Source: Thermofilum pendens Hrk 5
GTDB taxonomy: Archaea; Thermoproteota; Thermoprotei; Thermofilales; Thermofilaceae
DNA length: 32,000 bases
Assembly: GCF_000015225.1 (NCBI RefSeq)
Contig: NC_008698.1
Location: forward strand, 750,001-782,000
Direction: 5' to 3'
Below, one piece after another: positions 1-7,325 of this stretch. The notes under the pieces are model-generated. The model was not told where the DNA came from. It saw only the letters and a program-made list of their open reading frames with translations, and searched no databases. How positions within the stretch are numbered: position 1 is the first letter of the stretch; each line of letters opens with the position of its first letter. A program made the translations under genes and the position numbers.

Positions 1-758
1 ATCCTATAGACACCTATCGTGTTGTTGTCGAAGACTATCCCCAGGTACTCGCCCACACGAACCAGAGATAAGACGTGACAGTATGTGTAGTTCTCCTTAG
101 ATGTTCCCCGGAGTATGCTTACAACCTTCTCGTTCAGCGAGAGGCAAACGTGGCAGAGAGTCTCGATAGTCAAGGAGACTACGCTCTGGTTTACGGTTAA
201 GAGCTGGAGAGCCCTGTTTATCGGGGACTCGATGAACGAGAGCCTAGAGGTCGGAACGTCTATGCCCAGTATGTACTTGGGGGTTAAAACGTAGAGAACC
301 CTTCCCGCGACGAAGGCTTTCCCTATGCCGGATAGCTGTGTCCCGGGAAGAACTACCTGGAGCGTTGCCCTACCCTTCGTAACGTCGTAGAGGGTCAGCG
401 AGGCTTCGGGCACGCCTGCGTTGTTATTGTAGTTCTTGGCTACGAGTAAGTGCGTGTCATTAATGAAGAACGCGTCTGCCCCGTAGATGTACGACAGGTC
501 TAGCGTGCCTACAGGCGCCAAGTCGGACGTGAACAACCCTATCTTCGTTTTTCCCGACTCGCGGTACACTACCGCTAAGAACTTCCCCCCGGGGCTCACC
601 ACGGCTTTGTCAAGGCTCCAGGAGTTACCCAGAATCCTCCCGGCTAAAACCCACTTCTCGTAAGGCTCCGCTAGAACCACGGCAGCGTATGCGAGAAAGA
701 GTAACACAGCTAGAAGCGCGAAGACCCTCGAATACGCTAAACCCCTCTCTACACGCAC
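1..758 (-). CDS. hypothetical exported or membrane-anchored protein (N-terminal part; C-terminus lies beyond the window start)
   Basis: Missing from the ORF track because it runs off the window. The reverse strand read from GTG at 758 (in-frame TGA two codons upstream) stays open to position 1: (M)RVERGLAYSRVFALLAVLLFLAYAAVVLAEPYEKWVLAGRILGNSW...GIVFDNNTIGVYR. The N-terminal hydrophobic span looks like a signal or anchor and the rest is beta-rich. No family recognised. Confidence 0.5.
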   Translation of the reverse strand, partial: MRVERGLAYSRVFALLAVLLFLAYAAVVLAEPYEKWVLAGRILGNSWSLDKAVVSPGGKFLAVVYRESGKTKIGLFTSDLAPVGTLDLSYIYGADAFFINDTHLLVAKNYNNNAGVPEASLTLYDVTKGRATLQVVLPGTQLSGIGKAFVAGRVLYVLTPKYILGIDVPTSRLSFIESPINRALQLLTVNQSVVSLTIETLCHVCLSLNEKVVSILRGTSKENYTYCHVLSLVRVGEYLGIVFDNNTIGVYR

Positions 759-933
759 AACTCACCAAAAGAGAACCGGGTACTTAACGTTTATGCGCGC
801 GTGGTTGTACGCCGCGAGAGGGGAGCCTTCCCCCGGTTTCCACGTTAAAAGCCCGCGCGCGAATAGCAGAAATAACGCAAAAAGCGTAATATCCCCGCGC
901 GTTAAAGTGACGGAGGATGCGCGGTGGCATCGA

Positions 934-2115
934 ATGTACCTCGATAAGTTCGAGGAGAGGATGCTCGAAGGTGAGCTCGGAGAGGCTGTAGCCCTCGCTA
1001 TGAGGATAGTTGTGAAGATTGCGGAGATCTTCTCCGCCGAAAGGCTCGTGAAGATTAAGCATGCACACGTCTCCGGGGTTTCCTACGAGAACATAGGAGA
1101 CGAGGGGTTAGAGTTCTTGGAGGGGCTCGCCGCTAAGGGCGGGAGATTCTCCGTCCCTACAACCGTGAATCCCGGCGCTGTAGACCTGGAACTGTGGAGG
1201 AAGATGGGCGTAGACGAGTCGTATGTGGAGAAACAGCTCAGGATAGTGGGCGCGTTTAGAAGGATGGGGGCGAAGGTTACCTTGACGTGCACCCCCTACC
1301 TCTACGAGGACATTTCCCCGGGTGACCACCTCGCGTGGTCTGAAAGCAACGCGGTGCTCTTCGCGAACAGCGTTATCGGCGCCAGGACGAACAGGGATGG
1401 GGGACCACTAGCACTGATGGAGGCTATAGCCGGGCGGGCACCCCTCTCGGGGTTGCACCTCGACGAGAACAGGAGACCGTCCCTCGTGGTGGACTTCTCG
1501 GAGAGCTCGAGGTACATCGCGGAAAACGGACTTTTCTCCGTCGCCGGGCTCATCGTGGGCAGGCTCGCCGGGAACCGTGTCCCCCTGGTCCGCGGGCTCG
1601 GCCTACAGAGAAAAGACGTAGAGGAATTAAAGCTCTTTCTGGCGGCAGTCGGAGCCACCGGGGGGACCGGGATGGTTCTCATAGATGGAGTTTCGCCCGA
1701 AGCCCCCGGGGACATGCCAGGAGAGGTTGAGAAAATCGGCGTGGACGACGTCAAGGCGGAGTTAGAGAAGTACGGGGGCTCCGGGTGGGATGCAGTCGTG
1801 CTCGGGTGCCCACATCTGAGCTACGAGGAGGTTGCGTCTATCATTGAATGGTTCGAGAGAAAAGGTAGGCCCAGGTCCCGGGTGTACCTCTACACGAGCA
1901 GGGAGGTTGCCTCGAGGCTTCGAAGCGACCGCCTAGAAAAGCTGAATATACACTTGTTCGCCGATACGTGCATGGTGGTTTCCAACCTAGGGGCGTACGC
2001 CTCGCGGAGCGTCGCGACGGATTCCGGGAAGGCTGCCTTCTACCTAGCGTCGAAGGGCTACAGTGTCGCGCTCCTGCCCAGGAGGAAGCTACTGGAGATG
2101 CTCGTCCAGGGGTGA
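934..2115 (+). CDS. AcnX-type (DUF521) large subunit, probable phosphomevalonate dehydratase of the archaeal mevalonate pathway
   Basis: Track ORF 793..2115. Protein-like sequence begins at the internal ATG at 934: MYLDKFEERMLEGELGEAVALAMRIV...HAHVSGVSYENIGDEGLEFLE...VPTTVNPGAVDLELW...TCTPYL. This matches my memory of DUF521/aconitase-X catalytic subunits (Aeropyrum pernix phosphomevalonate dehydratase large subunit). The 47 upstream codons look non-coding. Confidence 0.8.
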   Translation: MYLDKFEERMLEGELGEAVALAMRIVVKIAEIFSAERLVKIKHAHVSGVSYENIGDEGLEFLEGLAAKGGRFSVPTTVNPGAVDLELWRKMGVDESYVEKQLRIVGAFRRMGAKVTLTCTPYLYEDISPGDHLAWSESNAVLFANSVIGARTNRDGGPLALMEAIAGRAPLSGLHLDENRRPSLVVDFSESSRYIAENGLFSVAGLIVGRLAGNRVPLVRGLGLQRKDVEELKLFLAAVGATGGTGMVLIDGVSPEAPGDMPGEVEKIGVDDVKAELEKYGGSGWDAVVLGCPHLSYEEVASIIEWFERKGRPRSRVYLYTSREVASRLRSDRLEKLNIHLFADTCMVVSNLGAYASRSVATDSGKAAFYLASKGYSVALLPRRKLLEMLVQG

Positions 2116-2142
2116 GCCGGCACGATAGTAACGGGTAGACCT

Positions 2143-2553
2143 GTGGTTGAGGGGAACGCTGAAGCACCTCTCCTCGTGTCACGCACCCCCATAACGTTCC
2201 TCGGAGGCGTTGACCCGTTCACGGGGCTGGTGGTCGAGAAAGGACACCCGCTCTACGGCCAAAGCGTTTCGGGAAAGATCCTGGTGTTCCCCTACAGCAA
2301 GGGAAGCACTGTCGGGTCGTACATCCTGTTAAGACTGTCGAAGAGGGGGCTCGCCCCGGCCGGCATAGTGACGTCCTCGGCCGACGAGGTGACCGTTATC
2401 GGGTGCCTGATAAGCAACATACCGATGATGTCCGGCGCACGGTTAGACGCTGTAAGCGAGCTACTGAGCGGTAGGACCGCCAGGTTAACGGTGACCAGGA
2501 GCGACGCTCGACTCGAGATCTTGGAGAGCGGCGGAAGCGAGGGTACCCGATGA
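2143..2553 (+). CDS. AcnX-type (DUF126) small/swivel subunit, phosphomevalonate dehydratase small subunit
   Basis: GTG start 27 nt after the large-subunit stop. APLLVSRTPITFLGGVDPFTGLVV...GKILVFPYSKGSTVGSY...LAPAGIV fits the DUF126 pattern. Adjacency to DUF521 is the canonical two-subunit arrangement. Confidence 0.75.
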   Translation: MVEGNAEAPLLVSRTPITFLGGVDPFTGLVVEKGHPLYGQSVSGKILVFPYSKGSTVGSYILLRLSKRGLAPAGIVTSSADEVTVIGCLISNIPMMSGARLDAVSELLSGRTARLTVTRSDARLEILESGGSEGTR

Positions 2554-3203
2554 GCGGGAAGAAGCCTGCCGGTAGCAACGCCTCGTGCGGGGATGTGTTA
2601 AGAGCGCTCGAAGAGATAGCCGGAGAGATAGCGAAGTGCGAGAAATGCCCTCTCAGCAGGTCTAGAACGCACACAGTGCCCGGAGAGGGGAACCCCTGCT
2701 CGGGAGTAGTCTTCATAGGGGAGGCTCCGGGGAGGAACGAGGACCTCCAGGGAAGACCATTCGTCGGCGCGGCCGGCGCCTTGCTCACGGAGCTCATCTC
2801 CCTCGCGGGGCTTTCGAGGGAAGAGGTCTTCATAACGAATGTCGTGAAGTGCAGGCCTCCCAACAACCGGGAGCCCAGAGAGGAGGAGATCGCGGCTTGC
2901 CTCCCCTACCTCCTCGCCCAGCTCAGAGCTATTAAGCCGAGGCTCATAGTGACGCTTGGGAAGCACAGCACGAAAACCATTCTGAGAATGCGCGGTATGA
3001 GCGTCGACTCGATAATGAGCGTTAGGGGTAAAGCCTACACGGTTAACGCGGAGTGGGGACAGGTAACGGTGTTTCCGACACTACACCCGGCAGCCGCGCT
3101 CTACAACCCGGCCATGAGGAAAGTTCTCGAAGAAGACTTCCGCTTCCTAAGAGGGCTCCTAGAGGGAGGCGGCCAGAGGACGCTGGACTCATGGCTCGGA
3201 TAA
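2550..3203 (+). CDS. udg: family-4 uracil-DNA glycosylase (4Fe-4S type)
   Basis: ATGA start/stop overlap with the upstream gene. Motifs seen: CEKCPLS, VPGEGNP, VFIGEAPGRNEDLQGRPFVGAAG, ITNVVKCRPPNNREP, HPAAALY. Confidence 0.85.
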   Translation: MSGKKPAGSNASCGDVLRALEEIAGEIAKCEKCPLSRSRTHTVPGEGNPCSGVVFIGEAPGRNEDLQGRPFVGAAGALLTELISLAGLSREEVFITNVVKCRPPNNREPREEEIAACLPYLLAQLRAIKPRLIVTLGKHSTKTILRMRGMSVDSIMSVRGKAYTVNAEWGQVTVFPTLHPAAALYNPAMRKVLEEDFRFLRGLLEGGGQRTLDSWLG

Positions 3204-3261
3204 CTCACATGTGACTCGCGCGTGCTCGTCAGACTTATTACGTTGCGTGAGATTCATTCCC

Positions 3262-3322
3262 CTGATGATGAGGAAGAGACGAGCAGAGTGAGTGAAGAGA
3301 GAGTGCCTCTGCTTCTGATACC
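3262..3322 (+). ncRNA. candidate C/D box sRNA
   Basis: Lies in the 194-nt gap after udg. Elements: C box AUGAUGA (3265-3271), 12-nt spacer, D' CAGA (3284-3287), C' GUGAAGA (3292-3298), D box CUGA (3315-3318). A TATA-like CTTATTA at 3234-3240 sits about 25 nt upstream. Weaknesses: the C'-to-D spacer is 16 nt rather than about 12, and there is no clear terminal stem. Confidence 0.4.
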
Positions 3323-3397
3323 CTACTATTAGCCCTGCCGGTACTGTTGTAGCGCGCGGAGAATCTTTATCTGAGTGAGTGCCCAGTATCTACCGCA

Positions 3398-4012
3398 ATG
3401 TCGTACGAGTCTCCTCGCGAGAAGGCGCAGAAAAGAGCTAAGCTATTGAAAAGGATAGTCGAGGACCTCGACGCCATACGCGCGCTACGGCTCTTCAATA
3501 CAAGCGATACCATAAGACTAATATCCCGGGCGGGCCTCGAAGACGAGCTCTGGGAGAAGACTAAGTCCTCTCTACGCGAGATAGCGCTTATACTCGTTAA
3601 TCACCCAGACTTCAGGAAGATAGAGCGCGCCGACAGGATTTCAACCTACATGTTCGTAGCTTCCTTCGTGGCTTCCCTAACCGCCTTGATACTAATGTTG
3701 CTAAACGTCAACATAGTGCTGTCTTACCTGGTCCTGCTAGCCTCGCTGATAATACTGAATGCTTCCTACATCGGAAAGCTCTACGTCGGCGTGTCCGTTA
3801 GAAGGGTGTACATGGAGAGGAGGAGCGATGTGGAGAAGCACGGAGAACTCCTGAAGAAAGCCGCCGAGAACGCTCTCTCCAAGCTACGCGGCGAGCTGAG
3901 AAAGGCAGGTATGGACCCATCGCAGGTCACATTCAAGCTTTACTTCAACGATTACTCTCCGTTGAAGCAGGTGGGTTCAAGTAAGGGCATGCACAAGCTT
4001 ACCTACAAGTAA
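3398..4012 (+). CDS. hypothetical membrane protein (two central TM helices)
   Basis: 204-aa ORF. TATA-like CTTTATC lies about 27 nt upstream of the ATG, suggesting a leaderless mRNA. The hydrophobic core is YMFVASFVASLTALILMLLNVNIVLSYLVLLASLIILNASYI, flanked by charged helical regions. No family recognised. Confidence 0.55.
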   Translation: MSYESPREKAQKRAKLLKRIVEDLDAIRALRLFNTSDTIRLISRAGLEDELWEKTKSSLREIALILVNHPDFRKIERADRISTYMFVASFVASLTALILMLLNVNIVLSYLVLLASLIILNASYIGKLYVGVSVRRVYMERRSDVEKHGELLKKAAENALSKLRGELRKAGMDPSQVTFKLYFNDYSPLKQVGSSKGMHKLTYK

Positions 4013-4053
4013 CTGCCTAAAGGCTGTTACCCCGCTTTCTTCGCGAATCGTAC

Positions 4054-4344
4054 TCATCGTCGAGGAAGCCCGCGGTCTTGGCGCTTGTTACGAGCGCACT
4101 CCACGCAAACCAACGCCGCTCCCTCCTCTACGGAGCACTTATGGCATACGAGTCTTCCGCAGTACTTGCAGTTACCTATGGATAAGCGTTGCCCGCAGAC
4201 CTGGCACATCGTCTCAGAACACGCCTTACAAACTCCCAGCTTTGCATCGAAGTGTTCCTCGCAAACCCTCCTTCCACACACCGGGCACGTGTGGGTCCCG
4301 GGCTTTTCGAGGCATATTTCGCATATACGCACACTCGCGCGCAC
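4054..4344 (-). CDS. small cysteine-rich zinc-ribbon protein
   Basis: 96-aa ORF with a GTG start and eight CxxC pairs (CEIC, CPVC, CKAC, CQVC, CKYC, CHKC, CVEC...), giving a regular multi-zinc-ribbon layout. The antisense ORFs here have poor composition. Confidence 0.65.
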   Translation of the reverse strand: MRASVRICEICLEKPGTHTCPVCGRRVCEEHFDAKLGVCKACSETMCQVCGQRLSIGNCKYCGRLVCHKCSVEEGAALVCVECARNKRQDRGLPRR

Positions 4345-4438
4345 CAGTTCCCGGTGTACTCGCCGGTTAAAAAGTTAGAGCTCACAAAATCAAAAAGTTT
4401 TTAAAGATTAGAGCTCAGAGAGGGGGGAGGCGGTTTCT

Positions 4439-4831
4439 GTGTCGTCGAAGCTGGACGCTAGGGAGAGAAAACTCCTCTACTTGTTGCAGGTCTATGGGAG
4501 ACCTATCTCCAGGAAGGCTTTACACAGGCTAGTCAGGATTGTCCAGGAGAAGTACGGCGTCGACATGGGGTTTAGCTTCTCTCAAGACGCTGCTTTCTCA
4601 AAGGAGCTTGACGCGGTTCTTCAAAAGCTCGCCGAGGAAGACTACGTGAAGGTTCTCTACGCTGCTGGCGGGCGCTTCCTCACACTCTACAAGCCGCTCT
4701 ACGCCCTGGGCAAGCGCGGCGCCGCCGCGCTCTCCAAGAAGGAGCTCGCGAAGACAGACGCGGAGAAGCTCGAAAAGGCTGTCGCCGAGGTTCTGGGTAG
4801 GGGGCAGGGCGTCGAGGCGCCTAGCCAGTAG
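4439..4831 (+). CDS. hypothetical protein (possible winged-helix fold)
   Basis: GTG start preceded by GGGGGGAGG (SD-like). 130 aa: MSSKLDARERKLLYLLQVYGRPISRKALHRLVRIVQEKYG... Helical and basic at the N-terminus. No family recognised. Confidence 0.55.
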   Translation: MSSKLDARERKLLYLLQVYGRPISRKALHRLVRIVQEKYGVDMGFSFSQDAAFSKELDAVLQKLAEEDYVKVLYAAGGRFLTLYKPLYALGKRGAAALSKKELAKTDAEKLEKAVAEVLGRGQGVEAPSQ

Positions 4832-5573
4832 GCTCCTTAGATTCTTTCTCGAGGAGCTTCTGTAGCAACTGGTTCACCTGGGTAAGTTTAAGCGATACCT
4901 CTTGGAGTTCGAGCGAGTATTGTCTAAGTGCGGCGAGCTGGCTCTCCTCTAGGCGGGTAACCCTCTGGGATAGTTCGTTTAACGCGAGCTCAACGTTGCT
5001 CATACTCCCCCTCAAGGAGTTTACGTCCGACTTTACAGCGGTAGCAGCGTCCGTAGAGACGAGCTCGACTTCCTTCAGCTTCGACATTACCGCCGAGACG
5101 TCCTGGGTTATCGTGGACAAAGTGTCCTCTAAGCGTGTAAGCTCCCCGGAGAGCTTCTCCAGGAACATGTCCAGCGATAGTTGTACGTTTTTCGTTAAAG
5201 TGTCCGTCCCCTCCTTAAACTCGCGTGAAACCCTGTTGACGCTCTCCGCGAGCCTGGAGTTCTCAGCTTGGAAGGCCTCCAAGTGGGACTTCAACGCTTC
5301 TTCAAGCTCCTTTATCTGTCCCTGCAAAGTTCCAACCCTGGTGTTGAGAAAGTCGAGAGTAACCTTTAGGGCGTACACGCCGTTGTTTAGTCTCTTCAGT
5401 GCCGCCAGAAGTAGCGCTACATCCCCCTCTCCAACCTCGACTATCTCCACCTCGTCGGGCTCTCCTTCCTCGTCGCGCACACGATCAATACTCACAAGCC
5501 AATCATGAGTTAACCAGCGATATATTACTGTCGCTGGTTGAAGATGGTGGCGCCTCCACCGCATAGCTTTCAA
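4821..5573 (-). CDS. coiled-coil protein, function unknown
   Basis: 250-aa ORF with long heptad-like L/E/S/T/V-rich stretches (LQGQIKELEEALKSHLEAFQAENSRLAESV...LNELSQRVTRLEESQLAALRQY...). Its 3' end overlaps the convergent gene by 11 nt. Confidence 0.6.
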   Translation of the reverse strand: MKAMRWRRHHLQPATVIYRWLTHDWLVSIDRVRDEEGEPDEVEIVEVGEGDVALLLAALKRLNNGVYALKVTLDFLNTRVGTLQGQIKELEEALKSHLEAFQAENSRLAESVNRVSREFKEGTDTLTKNVQLSLDMFLEKLSGELTRLEDTLSTITQDVSAVMSKLKEVELVSTDAATAVKSDVNSLRGSMSNVELALNELSQRVTRLEESQLAALRQYSLELQEVSLKLTQVNQLLQKLLEKESKEPTG

Positions 5574-5651
5574 CTCATTCTTCGTTGATCGCGAAAGACT
5601 TTGCCCAAGAAGTTGTAGGCGGCGAGCACGGCTTTCACGCGCGCGAGTTTT

Positions 5652-5825
5652 TTACGCTAGCCCTAGCTCTCTCAGCTCCTCGACGTCCTCCTCAAGCTCT
5701 CTCGCTAGCTCTTCGTCTTCCTCGACTTGCGGGATGCCTCGCACGGAGGCTAGGAACTCCTCTATCGCGTCCAAGGCTTCTGCGAGCCTAGCCTCGTAGA
5801 GGCGCGCGCCAGCATTTACTAGCAT
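5652..5825 (-). CDS. 57-aa acidic helical protein (small multi-copy family B)
   Basis: Below the track size cutoff. Read by eye: ATG at 5825, TAA at 5654-5652, giving MLVNAGARLYEARLAEALDAIEEFLASVRGIPQVEEDEELARELEEDVEELRELGLA. A degraded paralog lies at 31702-31880 (AVEALNAVEEFLASVRGATPRVEEDKELE). The start codon lies inside the octamer array. Confidence 0.4.
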   Translation of the reverse strand: MLVNAGARLYEARLAEALDAIEEFLASVRGIPQVEEDEELARELEEDVEELRELGLA

Positions 5826-5892
5826 TGCTAGTGTTTGCTAGCAAAAGCTGGCCAGTGTTTGCTAGCACTGCTAGCATTTACTAGCAAGTACT
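5811..5892. repeat. array of six phased palindromic octamers (TGCTAGCA / TACTAGCA) with dyad symmetry; operator-like
   Basis: Octamers start at 5817, 5826, 5836, 5860, 5869 and 5879 (intervals 9, 10, 24, 9, 10). They are arranged symmetrically about the palindrome CTGGCCAG (5848-5855). Nested 14-nt direct repeats are AGCATTTACTAGCA (5811, 5873) and AGTGTTTGCTAGCA (5830, 5854). Confidence 0.85.
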
Positions 5893-6066
5893 GGGCAAGC
5901 CTTGTATCCGCGCCCGCCGCAACTACAACCGTGAACTTCCCAAAGCGTGGCGCGCAGGAAGAGTACAAGGCGGGCGAGCTCGGTGGAGGTCCCGCGCGAG
6001 TAGACCAAGCGAGGCGGCGGCCGGGGAAAACGCCGCCCAATTACCGTTCAGCGGGGAGTATTCATT

Positions 6067-6217
6067 CCCCGCGTTTGTAAACCGGGGAGGACGCCCCGGC
6101 TTCAACACTTACCCCTGTTTGTAAACCTGGGAAGCCCCGCGGCTTCAACCCTCTCCCGGGTTTGTAAACCGGGGAAGGCCCGGAACCCCGACATCCTCCC
6201 TGGTTTGCAAACCGGCG
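6067..6217 (+). repeat. tandem repeat, 4 units of 43-44 bp, each with GTTTG(T/C)AAACC followed by a GC hairpin
   Basis: The 11-mer starts at 6073, 6117, 6160 and 6203; the fourth copy, GGTTTGCAAACC, is a perfect palindrome. Each unit continues CCGGGGA(A)GG..CCCCGG CTTCAAC. The stem sequences differ between units but hairpin potential is retained. Confidence 0.85.
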
Positions 6218-6289
6218 GCTACACGCAGGCAATAAATACTGGAATTACCACGAAGTAATCGGTCGCGGCCAAGCAGTGAAGCCGCGCTA

Positions 6290-6862
6290 ACACCCCGGGG
6301 GCGACACCAAGAAAGCCCCTGGGCTGTACGCTCACATGTGAACCCCGCGGCCCAAAAATGAGCGATGACCCCCAGAAGTCCGGCCGCGGGAGGATGGGAG
6401 AGGAGGGGGCCGAGCGAAGACTAGGCCTAGGGGAGAAACCCTGCCCCTCCCCGCTAGCCAAAAATATCTTTTTTCCCGCGTGTCTCCTCACCCTCCCATC
6501 AATGGGGGCCCTCCCCGACAGGGAGGGGTCCGAGGAGCGCCCGGAGTGGGGTGGCCCTCCCGGGCGCGAGGGGGCGTGGTCCGCGGGGAGGCCCGGGCCA
6601 GGCGCTCTAGACACGCGGGGGCGGCGGGGGAGGCGGGGCTCTGGGGCCCCAGCCCCGGGCTGGGGCGTCTCTCCCCAACCGGGGAGAGACCGGCCTAGGG
6701 GCTGATTCGTGAAGCCCGACACGATGAGCCGGAAGGTGACGGTCGCCCCTAGCGAGCAGCGCCGGCCTTCCCGGGAGGCCGGGCAATGCGGGCGGGACCT
6801 AGCCCCAGCGGGCCCGCCCGGAGCAACTCTCAGGACGCCCACAGCTTTCGGTGCTTCATTTT
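6290..6862. other. very GC-rich, hairpin-dense non-coding island; candidate structured RNA gene(s), identity unresolved
   Basis: Hand count gives 51/60 G+C in each of 6541-6600 and 6601-6660. ORFs on both strands are P/G/R-rich low-complexity artefacts. There is a perfect 10-bp hairpin at 6667-6690 and further stems at 6762-6782 and 6790-6819. T tracts at 6469-6474 (T6, preceded by AAAAATAT) and 6859-6862 could delimit transcripts. Confidence 0.5.
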
Positions 6863-6974
6863 GAAGAGCTCACTACCCGTAGCGCTCACCGCTCACGCCT
6901 CCCTCCCGCCACGCTGACCCCTGATGCCGCGCCCGCGTAGGGCGCCCCCTCCACCATTTAAGGAGGGGTGAAAT

Positions 6975-7325
6975 ATGGTTGATATGATGGGGTATGAGGA
7001 AATCGAGAAGACTGTTAGGGAGGAGACGTGGAGGCGTGCGGCTCTAAGCTTGTATGCCACCAGAACAGAGGATAAGAGGAGATCCAGGGGTAAGAAGAAG
7101 AGGGGCAATGTTCATTACCGCGGCCTCTTCGACACTGTGACCGAGGTCGACTGGGACTTCACCAGGTTCCTCGTAAACGGCTACACGGTTGTGCCGGACG
7201 AAGTCTACCCGGGTTCTACAGGTTCATTGACTGCGACGCGAGGAAGTACCTACTACTGGGAGACGACGAGAAGCCGAGAGAGGGAGGTGTGGCGATGGAG
7301 CTACGCGATAGGCTACAGTCGATAG
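6975..7325 (+). CDS. hypothetical protein (first gene of island operon)
   Basis: 116-aa ORF. A strong SD, AGGAGGGGTGA (6961-6971), lies just upstream of the ATG at 6975. A basic K/R patch (KRRSRGKKKRG) is followed by an aromatic-rich C-terminus. No family recognised. Confidence 0.55.
   Translation: MVDMMGYEEIEKTVREETWRRAALSLYATRTEDKRRSRGKKKRGNVHYRGLFDTVTEVDWDFTRFLVNGYTVVPDEVYPGSTGSLTATRGSTYYWETTRSREREVWRWSYAIGYSR

Noticed and set aside
793-933. N-terminal extensions in the ORF track (793-933 for AcnX; also 20327-20404 for proS, 31586-31699 for the nucleotidyltransferase, 17652-17717)
   Set aside because: The extended residues are not protein-like, and conserved family N-termini start at the internal ATG. 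The proS extension also overlaps the family A repeat fragment.
2113-2145. Single in-frame TGA separating the AcnX large and small subunits (possible readthrough or fused type-I-like AcnX)
   Set aside because: The two ORFs are in the same frame with no other stop in the 27-nt spacer. However, that has a 1-in-3 chance, nine stop-free codons are unremarkable, and two-subunit AcnX is the normal archaeal form.
5639-5649. 11-bp direct repeat GCGCGCGAGTT at 5639-5649 and 8473-8483 as target-site duplication or att sites bounding the island
   Set aside because: The position is suggestive, but roughly a hundred 11-mer coincidences are expected in 32 kb. The motif is low-complexity (GC)n, and I found it after choosing the boundaries. 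It is not sufficient evidence.
5985-5994. GGAGGTCCCG, identical to the variable-loop/T-stem junction of the tRNA-Ala genes, as a tRNA-derived att remnant
   Set aside because: Only 10 nt match and the similarity stops where the T loop would begin. Real att duplications usually span 40 nt or more of the tRNA 3' half.
6067-6217. CRISPR array
   Set aside because: The 43-44 bp units are contiguous and homologous along their whole length, so there are no unique spacers between short repeats. There are only four units and no cas genes.
6219-6842. 207-aa minus-strand ORF and the overlapping plus-strand ORFs (6358-6705, 6480-6698)
   Set aside because: All are Pro/Gly/Arg-rich low-complexity translations open on both strands. 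This is the expected artefact of 75-85% GC DNA, which lacks stop codons. They show no start context and no protein-like pattern.
6340-6860. Assigning the GC-rich island to RNase P RNA or SRP RNA
   Set aside because: Some strings resemble conserved motifs: CAGAAGUCCGG versus CR-I GGAAAGUCCGG, AAGGUGA versus CR-II, and AGCAGCGCCGGCCUU or ACAGCUUUCGGUGCUU versus ACAGAAnnnGGCUUA. GCCGGAAGG resembles an SRP helix-8 tetraloop. However, the spacing and order do not fit either RNA, the invariant AGCA/AGG loops of SRP helix 8 are missing, and an internal T6 tract splits the region. This needs a covariance-model scan and cannot be called by eye.
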